Assembly: GCA_004796365.1 (NCBI GenBank)
Contig: QZLE01000162.1
Span: 1-54,275 of the forward strand
Reading direction: 5' to 3'
From: Gammaproteobacteria bacterium
GTDB lineage: Bacteria; Pseudomonadota; Gammaproteobacteria; QZLD01
Length of the DNA stretch: 54,275 bases
In this document: positions 40,654 through 49,859 of the stretch, piece by piece
Layout of the letters: the number at the start of each line of letters is the position of its first letter
Numbering within the stretch: position 1 is the stretch's first letter
Program-made: the position numbers and the translations under genes
Notes under the pieces: model-generated
What the model was told of the DNA's origin: nothing
Database searches by the model: none
What the model saw: the letters and a program-made list of their open reading frames with translations, nothing else

Positions 40654-41517
40654 TTATACAGCCTGACCGCAGTGGCGGAAGAATATTTTCTGCAAAGCCA
40701 TCTTTAGCTGCGCCTGAATCTCTGGGATTTCATTTAGTATGTTTTTCCCCTCTGAGTATTGCTGTGCAATTTCCGGCATTGAATCTATCTGTGTAAGAAT
40801 TTCTATCTGCTCATAGTTACAGTAATCAGCGACATCGCTATTCCCGATATTGGCTTTATTAATGATCACTCCAAATGGCAAACCAAGCTTGCGTAAGGTA
40901 TCGACCGCTATCTTCAGGTCATTTAATCCAAATGGCGTTGGTTCTGTAACAAGTATCACAAAGTCAGAACCGTCAACCGCTGTGATCATTGGACACGATG
41001 CCCCTGGCGGGCAATCAATAATATTTACCCTGCTATCCTTTATCCCTTTTTTCACCTCTTTAATTAACGGGGGGGACATGGTTCTGCCTATCTCCAGAGT
41101 TCCAGATACGACCTTTATCACATTACCGGTTTTTGTTAAGTGCTTTCCTTTATTAATACGCCCGATTTGAAATGGCGCAGATGTAATAGCCTCATTAGGG
41201 CAAACAAAATAACATCCGCCACAGTCATGACACATCTCATCCATAACCACTGTTGTGTCTGCAATTCTCATCAGTGCATTAAACTGACAAAACTTTTCGC
41301 AAGCACCGCAGCCAATACATTGCTCACTCTCTATCCGTGGCACTTCTGTAAAAAAGTCATTGGTTACAGTAAATTTAGGCTTCAAGAAAATCAGGCCGTT
41401 TGGTTCTTCAACATCGCAGTCGTAATAGCTGACATTTGTATTGGCAGCAACCGCAAGCGCCGTTGAGATTGTGGTTTTCCCTGTTCCGCCCTTTCCTGAT
41501 GCTATAGATAAAATCAA
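40654..41517 (-). CDS. Second MinD-superfamily P-loop ATPase with inserted 2x[4Fe-4S] ferredoxin domain
   Basis: ASGKGGTGKT, DCDVEEPN, CIGCGACEKFC, CHDCGGCYFVCP, DCPPGASCP, TEPTPFGLNDL; TTG start with GAGGA RBS. Confidence 0.93.
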   Translation of the reverse strand: MILSIASGKGGTGKTTISTALAVAANTNVSYYDCDVEEPNGLIFLKPKFTVTNDFFTEVPRIESEQCIGCGACEKFCQFNALMRIADTTVVMDEMCHDCGGCYFVCPNEAITSAPFQIGRINKGKHLTKTGNVIKVVSGTLEIGRTMSPPLIKEVKKGIKDSRVNIIDCPPGASCPMITAVDGSDFVILVTEPTPFGLNDLKIAVDTLRKLGLPFGVIINKANIGNSDVADYCNYEQIEILTQIDSMPEIAQQYSEGKNILNEIPEIQAQLKMALQKIFFRHCGQAV

Positions 41518-41553
41518 TGTACTATCCTCTGCCTACTTTTTTCTCCAACCAGA

Positions 41554-41904
41554 CTAAAGAGCCTGCTCCCTTGTAATTTTTTCCAGATTGCCAAGCAGCT
41601 GCTGGCTAATCGCCTCTTTAACCGTAATTTCATCACTTACAAACATCTCGACAGATGAGCCTTCCAGCAAATTAAATGCTTTGGGGCCGAATCTTCCTGA
41701 TATAAGCACATCTGCCCCGCTGTTTATAACAGTCTTTGCAGCCTGAACACCTGCGCCCTGAGCTGCATTTAGGTTGACAGCATTATCAACCACATTAAAG
41801 TTATCCTTTTCTGTGTCGAATAAGATAAACATCGGAGCTCTGCCAAATCTTGGGTTTACCCTTGAATCCAAATCACCACTATCAGCTGTTACTGCTATAA
41901 TCAT
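41554..41904 (-). CDS. Orange protein (ORP)-like NifB/NifX family protein
   Basis: IAVTA....LDS.V.PRFGRA..F, NAAQGAGVQAA, ISGRFGPKAF; GAGGAG RBS before ATG 41904. Confidence 0.88.
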   Translation of the reverse strand: MIIAVTADSGDLDSRVNPRFGRAPMFILFDTEKDNFNVVDNAVNLNAAQGAGVQAAKTVINSGADVLISGRFGPKAFNLLEGSSVEMFVSDEITVKEAISQQLLGNLEKITREQAL

Positions 41905-42304
41905 TACAATCTCCTCGGCTTTTACACCTTTTGGCTTCACTGTTATGCGCTTCACTTTGGCGGCAACATTTACGCGCCGGCATTAAAAACTCTTCACTTT
42001 GCTCCAATGTATTACTAACCCATGCATTACCAACTTTGGATACATCACCACATATAAATGAGATCACATGAATATTATTCAGGCAGGCAACGTGATGCGC
42101 TTTGCGTGATATCGCTCCACACACGATATTGGTTACACCAAGCTGTTTGATAATTTCAAACTTGTCATTAAGGCAATTAGCCTGAATATCTACCTGTTTA
42201 AAGTTGGCACTACCAAGCTCATCCGGCTCTACTAAAAAAGCCGACCTGGAAACATCAAATACTGGTGCAACCTTAAAATTCCAAGCTGGTAATAACATTT
42301 TCAT
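41882..42304 (-). CDS. NifB/NifX-like protein, first gene of ORP-like operon
   Basis: VAPVFDVS, LGVTNIVCGAIS, VISFICGDV, FLMP..CC tail; GAGGA RBS. Confidence 0.8.
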   Translation of the reverse strand: MKMLLPAWNFKVAPVFDVSRSAFLVEPDELGSANFKQVDIQANCLNDKFEIIKQLGVTNIVCGAISRKAHHVACLNNIHVISFICGDVSKVGNAWVSNTLEQSEEFLMPARKCCRQSEAHNSEAKRCKSRGDCNDYSSNS

Positions 42305-42327
42305 AAAGATTTCCTCTGTTTATAGAT

Positions 42328-42344
42328 AGAAATATTCATGCCAA
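42328..42344 (-). promoter_or_regulatory. Probable sigma54 (-24/-12) promoter of ORP-like operon
   Basis: Minus strand TTGGCATGAATATTTCT: good -24 (TGGCA), correct spacing, -12 TTTC instead of TTGC; sigma54 activator gene is adjacent. Confidence 0.6.
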
Positions 42345-42442
42345 AACTTTATACGGCAGCAATTTTCATTATAGAAGATTGAATATAAAGGACTTAATAC
42401 TAGTTAAACTAGTACATCTATATGGAGGAAAAAGAGAACTAA

Positions 42443-42495
42443 TTGCACAACTGCAACCTTTTATTGCAATAAATGACTGCACATCTGCAGTCATT
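42443..42495. promoter_or_regulatory. Candidate upstream activator sequences (two TGCA-CAWC-TGCA palindromes)
   Basis: TTGCA-CAAC-TGCAA at 42443-42456 and AATGACTGCA-CATC-TGCAGTCATT at 42472-42495, ~100-150 bp upstream of the sigma54 site. Confidence 0.5.
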
Positions 42496-42509
42496 GCAAA
42501 AATCAGCAG

Positions 42510-43880
42510 CTAGACCTCAATGCTGTATTTGATCATTTTACGATAAAGTGTGGTCTTATGAATACCAAGGGATTCAGCCGTTTTATTACGGTTGTATTTA
42601 TTATCCTGCAGAGATTTTAATATCATCTCTTTCTCATTAGATTCAACTGCAGATTTAATATTAACTATACCGTGGCTACTTATATCCGCGCCAGATCCAA
42701 CAGCACTAATAAGATCATGCGGGATATGCGATTTATTGATTTCATCATCACCAGATAACACAACCGCACGCTCTATTACATTTTCCAGCTCACGAATATT
42801 ACCCTCCCAGTTATGCTCCAGAAAAACCGAGTACACCTCCGGGCTGATAACCCTGATTTTCTTATTTTGAATCTGATTAAATTTATTCAAAAAGTGATCT
42901 GCAAGATGAGGAATATCCTCCTTCCTTTCCCTTAAAGGGGGGATATTCAGGGTTATTACATTAATTCTGTAATAAAGGTCTTGCCTGAACTTACCATCTC
43001 TCACCATCTGCGCCAGATCTCTGTGGGTTGCAGCAATAATTCTTGCCTTTGACTTTTCGGTCTTATTTGAACCTAAGGGCTCAAAAGTACCCTCCTGCAA
43101 AACCCTGAGCAGTTTAACCTGCATTGCCGGGCTGATCTCACCAATCTCATCCAGAAATAGTGTTCCCTTGCCTGCAGCCGCAAATCTGCCTAATTTATTG
43201 GTATAAGCGCCAGTAAAGGCGCCCTTTTTATAACCAAACAACTCCGATTCAAGTAGCGAATCAAGTAAAGCACCACAGTTAACAGCGACAAATGGCTCTG
43301 ATGAATTTGGGCTGCTTTCATGTATAGATTTTGCAAGCAGTTCTTTTCCAGAACCTGTTTCACCGGTAACCAAAACTGTAGTTGGGCTATCTGCAACTGC
43401 TTTAGCAGTTTCAATCACATTACGCATAACCGGGCTATGGGTGACAAAGCTGCCAAAACTATAAGATTCTTTTAATTCTGACTTTAGCGTTTCAACCTCG
43501 CTCAGATCTCTAAAGGTTTCAGCCCCACCTATCACATCCCCATCTGAGTTGCGTAAAAGAGCAGTTGAAACACTTATAGGAACCTGAATACCAGATGAAT
43601 CAATAATATAACCCGACTGGTTTATTACCGGCTTTTGAGTTCTAAATGTTTTACGCAAAGCACATGCGGATTCACACATGTCAGAGCAGAACACCTCCGA
43701 ACATAGCCTGCCAATCGCCTCATCTTTTGAGACACCGGTTATCTCGGCTGCCGCCCTATTAAAGGAGGTGATCCGCCAATCAAGATCAACAGTAAAAACA
43801 CCATCTGAGATACTTTCTAAAATAGCATCTGTTGATGTACCAAGCTGAAGACTATCATCTTGCACCACAACATATTCCAT
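42510..43880 (-). CDS. PAS-domain sigma54-dependent activator (PAS-AAA+-Fis HTH), OrpR-like
   Basis: PAS with Cys cluster (CSEVFCSDMCESAC), GETGSGKE, ESELFGYKKGAFTGA, LFLDEIGE, FRQDLYYR, WEGNIRELEN, HTH LGIHKTTLYRK. Confidence 0.94.
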   Translation of the reverse strand: MEYVVVQDDSLQLGTSTDAILESISDGVFTVDLDWRITSFNRAAAEITGVSKDEAIGRLCSEVFCSDMCESACALRKTFRTQKPVINQSGYIIDSSGIQVPISVSTALLRNSDGDVIGGAETFRDLSEVETLKSELKESYSFGSFVTHSPVMRNVIETAKAVADSPTTVLVTGETGSGKELLAKSIHESSPNSSEPFVAVNCGALLDSLLESELFGYKKGAFTGAYTNKLGRFAAAGKGTLFLDEIGEISPAMQVKLLRVLQEGTFEPLGSNKTEKSKARIIAATHRDLAQMVRDGKFRQDLYYRINVITLNIPPLRERKEDIPHLADHFLNKFNQIQNKKIRVISPEVYSVFLEHNWEGNIRELENVIERAVVLSGDDEINKSHIPHDLISAVGSGADISSHGIVNIKSAVESNEKEMILKSLQDNKYNRNKTAESLGIHKTTLYRKMIKYSIEV

Positions 43881-43988
43881 ATCATTTTGGTCTGTTAGTT
43901 GCTATAGAATAACCTAATACTGCAGCTGATTCTATCTAAGATAGCTTGCGTTCCTGCAATGCAATCACAAAACCTGCTCCCGGATAAT

Positions 43989-44019
43989 AAAAAAAAGCCC
44001 GGGATAACCCGGGCTTTTT
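43989..44019. terminator. Rho-independent terminator downstream of porin
   Basis: AAAAAAAAGCCCGGG-ATAA-CCCGGGCTTTTT. Confidence 0.9.
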
Positions 44020-44047
44020 AATAAGGGAGTTTGTTTGCTAATACAAA

Positions 44048-45010
44048 TTAGAAATTGTATTTCAAACCAAGTGCAAATGCTGTTGCATCACCATCAACAC
44101 CACCAGCTTCGTCCATACCTTCATCATCGCCAGATACGAATAGCACATACGCCGAAGCCTTCTTGTTGAACTTGTGGTTATAGCCAATTGCGAACATTGT
44201 TGGGTCTTCTGCTGAAGAAGCGTCGATGTCTGTCTGACCGAATACAGCTTTGATAGAACCTTCTTTACTAAGCTTGAACTCACCAGTAATGAACAGGTTA
44301 AGCTCGTCGGTACCAGCTGTTTCTTTATCAACTGATTCAACAACACCGCCAAGTTTGAAAGCATCGAAGCTATAGCTTGCACCTAATTTGAATGCAGAGC
44401 TCGCAGCATCAACATCTTCAAAACCACCACCGATCATTAGACCACCAGCTTTGTACATACCACCAATACTAACTCTTGAACCATCGTTGTCACCAGCGAT
44501 ATCATCACTACCAGCACTGTAAGAAGCGGCCAGGCTGAATGCGTCGAACTTGTTTACGTAAACAATGGAGTTGTTCTCTCTTGCATCATGCTCATCTTTA
44601 TCAAGGATGTTGTTGTAATCAGCATAGGTATCACCCCATGGATCAAACTTTGCAGTAGACCATTTGTAAGCTGTGTCGTGACGACCTACACGAATTTCAC
44701 CAAAGCTTCCTTTAAGGCCTGCATATTGTGTACGACCTTTTTTAATGCTTGTTGCAGTATCATCTGTAGTGTCTACCTCAAACTCAAGCTTATAAGTAGC
44801 GGCCAGGCCTGCATCAATGTCATACTTGCCTTTCATACCAAAACGAGAAGCGTTACTTTTAACCTGGGTAGCACTTCCATCATCGTTATCAATCATGCCA
44901 ACTGATACATGTACACGTCCATATAATGTAGGAGCTGGAATATCAGCAGCGAAAGCTGAACCAGTAACTAAAAGACCAGTACCAATAACAACAGGTAAGA
45001 ATTTATTCAT
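44048..45010 (-). CDS. Gram-negative general porin
   Basis: Signal peptide ...SAFA, TLYGR, SNASRFGMKG, QYAGLKGSFGEIRVGR, C-terminal LGLKYNF; GAGGA RBS. Confidence 0.92.
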   Translation of the reverse strand: MNKFLPVVIGTGLLVTGSAFAADIPAPTLYGRVHVSVGMIDNDDGSATQVKSNASRFGMKGKYDIDAGLAATYKLEFEVDTTDDTATSIKKGRTQYAGLKGSFGEIRVGRHDTAYKWSTAKFDPWGDTYADYNNILDKDEHDARENNSIVYVNKFDAFSLAASYSAGSDDIAGDNDGSRVSIGGMYKAGGLMIGGGFEDVDAASSAFKLGASYSFDAFKLGGVVESVDKETAGTDELNLFITGEFKLSKEGSIKAVFGQTDIDASSAEDPTMFAIGYNHKFNKKASAYVLFVSGDDEGMDEAGGVDGDATAFALGLKYNF

Positions 45011-45396
45011 CAAAGTTTCCTCTTTAAATATACAATTGATGTGGTGAACTGTACGGAAGAAATATTACAGAAAAATTACAACCCAGTTCACATAACTCAA
45101 AAAAAACATCGACTAGTTCACAATTTTAATGATTTATCTAATTGGTTTTAAAGGGGTTTTTGTGTTTACATTTTGTGTGACAAAAAGATTACAGCCATGC
45201 ATGTTTGAGAAAAATTGCTGCATAGCAATATGAATTATCAGGCATTTTTCGAAGCCCAGCTGAACCTATAACAATGCCTTTTGTAAGCCTCATTTTAAAT
45301 ATAGAATAATTATTTGCGGTTGCAACATTTTTGAAGGGTTTTTCAGAAGGGTTAAAATAATTAATATAGAGTTTATAGAACTAAAATAAGTATGAT

Positions 45397-45454
45397 ATAG
45401 GGACGAACCTGTGCGTTCGTCCAAATAAGGGCAGACACATAGGTCTACCCCTAC
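45397..45454. repeat. REP-like inverted doublet (GTAG-type REPIN, degenerate)
   Basis: ATAGGGACGAACCTGTGCGTTCGTCC-aaataa-GGGCAGACACATAGGTCTACCCCTAC: two imperfect palindromes in inverted orientation, right unit ending CTAC. Confidence 0.65.
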
Positions 45455-45484
45455 AAAAAACCAACATAAACTGATTGTCAAAAT

Positions 45485-46936
<1,452 letters not shown>

Positions 46937-47021
46937 TTAAGGTCAGGTATTATCTAAAAAAAATGGATAAAAATCACCTGTTAGAGGCAATTTTTATCCG
47001 ATATTCTTAATCCGCTTGTTT

Positions 47022-48335
47022 TTACTTGGTTTTCTTACTCTTTTTCATATACTGCTGGCTAGTTATTACATCAATCTTGCGCAGTTTTTTAAGCGCCATT
47101 TTGTGCCCTTGGTCAGCGGCTTTAGTCCACCAGTTAACCGCCTCAACCACATCACGATTAACTCCACCAAGCCCCCTGTGGAAAATTCTTCCAACATTAT
47201 ATTGGGCATCTGCTATCCCCGCCTCTGCTGCGACAAGATAGTATTTATATGCCTTGCTCATATTTTTAATAACACCCTCGCCCTTTTTATACATATTAGC
47301 GAGTTTATAGCTGGCCTGGACGTGATTCAGATCCGCCCCCTTAGTTATCCAATTAACCGAACGCATAAAATCACGGTCAACACCGATACCATTTAGATAC
47401 ATCATCCCTAATTCATAGCAAGCATCTGGCTGTTCTTTTTCTGCGGCACGATAAAACCAACCGAATGCTCTTTGATCATTTTGCGATACTACAATCCCCT
47501 CTTTATAAAAGCGACCAACATTATATTGTCCATCTGGGTCATTGTTGTCAGCTGCCTTTTCATACCACTTAAGAGCATTGCGCATATCAGGCTCTTTGCT
47601 TAATAGAGCATTTTCATAAGCATATCCAATGCGGTATTGTGATACACCATCTCCATTATCCGCAGCCTGCTGATAATGGTCCAAGGCCTTTTCAATGTCT
47701 TTATCGACTCCCCACCCTTCAAAGTACATTGCACCAAGATATCTATGTGAGCCAATATTCCCAAGCTCGATAGCCTTGGTAAACAGCATCATTGCCCTTT
47801 TATCACTGTGGCGCACACCATAACCATTGAGATATAAGATAGCTAAATAGTGATGAGAAACCGCATCCCCTTGTTTGGCTGCCCTTTTATACCAACGCGC
47901 CGCTTTTGAATAACTTTGTTTAACCGCTGTACCTTTTTCATACATCTCACCAAGGTTGCGCATGGCTGTGACATTCCCGGATTCAGCAGATTTTTTATAC
48001 CATTCAAATGCAAGTTTATAGTTCTGGGGAACACCCTGTTTCCCATTATGGTAGATAACGGCAAGATTAATTTGCGCCGCGGAATGATTTTGTTCAGCAG
48101 CCTTTTCAAACCACTTAACAGCTTTTACCATATTTTTCGGTACCGCCTCGGCATGCATGTACATATACCCAAGCTGAAATTGGGATTCTACATCACCGGT
48201 TTTAGCTAACTTAAAAAAAACACGGAAGGCTTTGGGATAGTTTCCCGCCTTATAATAATCCATCCCCTCTGCATAGTCCGCAGCAAACAGGTTAGAAGAA
48301 AAAATAATCAAAAAAACAGCTAGTATCTTACGCAT
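47022..48335 (-). CDS. Exported Sel1-like repeat protein
   Basis: Signal peptide MRKILAVFLIIFSSNLFA; about ten repeats of Q..LG.MY..G.GV..d...A..W...AA. Confidence 0.93.
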   Translation of the reverse strand: MRKILAVFLIIFSSNLFAADYAEGMDYYKAGNYPKAFRVFFKLAKTGDVESQFQLGYMYMHAEAVPKNMVKAVKWFEKAAEQNHSAAQINLAVIYHNGKQGVPQNYKLAFEWYKKSAESGNVTAMRNLGEMYEKGTAVKQSYSKAARWYKRAAKQGDAVSHHYLAILYLNGYGVRHSDKRAMMLFTKAIELGNIGSHRYLGAMYFEGWGVDKDIEKALDHYQQAADNGDGVSQYRIGYAYENALLSKEPDMRNALKWYEKAADNNDPDGQYNVGRFYKEGIVVSQNDQRAFGWFYRAAEKEQPDACYELGMMYLNGIGVDRDFMRSVNWITKGADLNHVQASYKLANMYKKGEGVIKNMSKAYKYYLVAAEAGIADAQYNVGRIFHRGLGGVNRDVVEAVNWWTKAADQGHKMALKKLRKIDVITSQQYMKKSKKTK

Positions 48336-48454
48336 AGACCCTTTGACACCCTTTACTTTCATTGATTCTATAAATATAGTCAAAATAAGAACTATTTCAG
48401 AATATACCAGTTATATATCCTGAAATTACTATTATTTCTAAAGACGGATCGCCC

Positions 48455-49033
48455 ATGAAAATTACGTATAACTCACCAACAATTCTTACTTTTTCTTTTA
48501 TAACTGTTGCGATTCAGATAGTAGCCTCAACATTTATGCCTGCCATATCAATTAATTATTTTTCTATCGGTAGCAGCTTTGATCTTGGAAATCCAATCTG
48601 GTATTTCCGCCTATCATCCCATGTATTAGGTCACTCAGGATGGCCCCATCTACTTAACAACATAATATTTATCCTTCTGCTAGGACCTCTACTGGAAGAA
48701 AAATATGGATCAAAAAACTTATTGGTGATGATTATCATAACAGCTATAGTCACCGGACTGGCAAATATGGTGCTTTTCTCCAGCGGGCTGCTGGGCGCCA
48801 GCGGAATTGTATTTATGCTGATACTGTTAGGATCTATCACTGACATCCGCCAGGGCGAAATACCACTAACATTTATATTGGTTGCTATTATTTTCATAGG
48901 AAAAGAAATAACTGCAATATTTCACGATGATAATATTTCACAAATGGCGCATATAATTGGCGGCTTAGTAGGTGGGGCTTTTGGATTTCTGGTTGCCAAA
49001 CCCAAACGTATTACAAATAGCTTTTATAGTTAG
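48455..49033 (+). CDS. Rhomboid family intramembrane serine protease
   Basis: Multiple TM helices; H...HLLNN, G.LLE..YG, GASG nucleophile motif, AHIIGG. Confidence 0.9.
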   Translation: MKITYNSPTILTFSFITVAIQIVASTFMPAISINYFSIGSSFDLGNPIWYFRLSSHVLGHSGWPHLLNNIIFILLLGPLLEEKYGSKNLLVMIIITAIVTGLANMVLFSSGLLGASGIVFMLILLGSITDIRQGEIPLTFILVAIIFIGKEITAIFHDDNISQMAHIIGGLVGGAFGFLVAKPKRITNSFYS

Positions 49034-49048
49034 GCAATAAAACGATTT

Positions 49049-49083
49049 AAAAAGGCCACGAAAAACATCTTCGTGGCCTTTTT
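49049..49083. terminator. Bidirectional terminator between rhomboid and phasin-like genes
   Basis: AAAAAGGCCACGAA-AAACATC-TTCGTGGCCTTTTT. Confidence 0.88.
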
Positions 49084-49125
49084 CTTCTCAGGGACATCTG
49101 GTGCCAAAAGTATGGGATTATTATC

Positions 49126-49410
49126 TTACTTTTTATCTCTTATCTTATCTGAATAATCCTGAATGATTTGAGCAAGCTCTTTATTATCCTGATTAACATT
49201 GTGCAGAATCTGCCTTACAAAGTCATTCTGGTCAACCAGGTAATCACGCAATCCATTTGTATCTTTGATATCGGAAAAATCAGACACTCTGCCAGCCATA
49301 AGCTCAGTATATTTTTTCATGCGCTTGATTTGGTAATCAGTTAAAGACTCAATCAGATCGAACGATGTAGAGTTAATATTTGCCATTTGTTCTATAAACG
49401 AATTAGCCAT
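49126..49410 (-). CDS. Phasin-like (PHA granule-associated) small helical protein
   Basis: 94 aa, all-helical; E.LTDYQ....KKY.EL......DIKD..GL..Y...Q......D...L pattern as in gammaproteobacterial phasins; AGGAG RBS. Confidence 0.6.
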   Translation of the reverse strand: MANSFIEQMANINSTSFDLIESLTDYQIKRMKKYTELMAGRVSDFSDIKDTNGLRDYLVDQNDFVRQILHNVNQDNKELAQIIQDYSDKIRDKK

Positions 49411-49527
49411 GCAATCAGCTCCTTGTAATTTTTTAGGCTTATTTTAAGATTAGTTTCTTTTTAGGAATATGCAAAAATATAATTATTAAAGCCACAGCTT
49501 GTCAAAGCACAATAGTTGGATACCAAT

Positions 49528-49561
49528 AAAAAAGCCGATTAGTATAAACTAATCGGCTTTT
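49528..49561. terminator. Terminator downstream of tRNA-Arg
   Basis: AAAAAAGCCGATTAGT-ATAA-ACTAATCGGCTTTT. Confidence 0.88.
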
Positions 49562-49567
49562 AGAATT

Positions 49568-49644
49568 TGGCGCGCCCGGAAGGAGTCGAACCTCCGACCG
49601 CCTGGTTCGTAGCCAGGTACTCTATCCAGCTGAGCTACGGGCGC
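49568..49644 (-). tRNA. tRNA-Arg (ACG)
   Basis: GCGCCCGTAGCTCAGCTGGATAGAGTACCTGGCTACGAACCAGGCGGTCGGAGGTTCGACTCCTTCCGGGCGCGCCA: 77-nt cloverleaf, anticodon ACG, encoded CCA. Confidence 0.97.
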
Positions 49645-49859
49645 ATGTCATTGAGGTGGCAGATTATGTTTCAAAAAGATGTCATCGTCAACTAAAAATT
49701 CAAAAAAATGTCAGATAGATCGCATTACTATCAATAATTTCTGTACAACCATAATAATGACACCTAAAAAAACATAAATTAAGGTTTTTATGAACTAATA
49801 TATATAGTTGTAAGAATTATATTCATGTACTTTTTAAGAGCATTGGGGCTTTGAGTTTT

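Noticed and set aside
39352-42304. Nitrogen fixation or cell-division Min genes
   Set aside because: NifB/NifX-like and MinD-like folds here fit the ORP cluster; no nifHDK, minC or minE in the window.
45290-45481. 63-aa ORF downstream of purB
   Set aside because: Spans the REP-like doublet and AT-rich DNA; no coding signal.
49568-49644. tRNA-Arg as an integration site
   Set aside because: No integrase and no duplicated tRNA 3' end noticed; an intact terminator follows directly.
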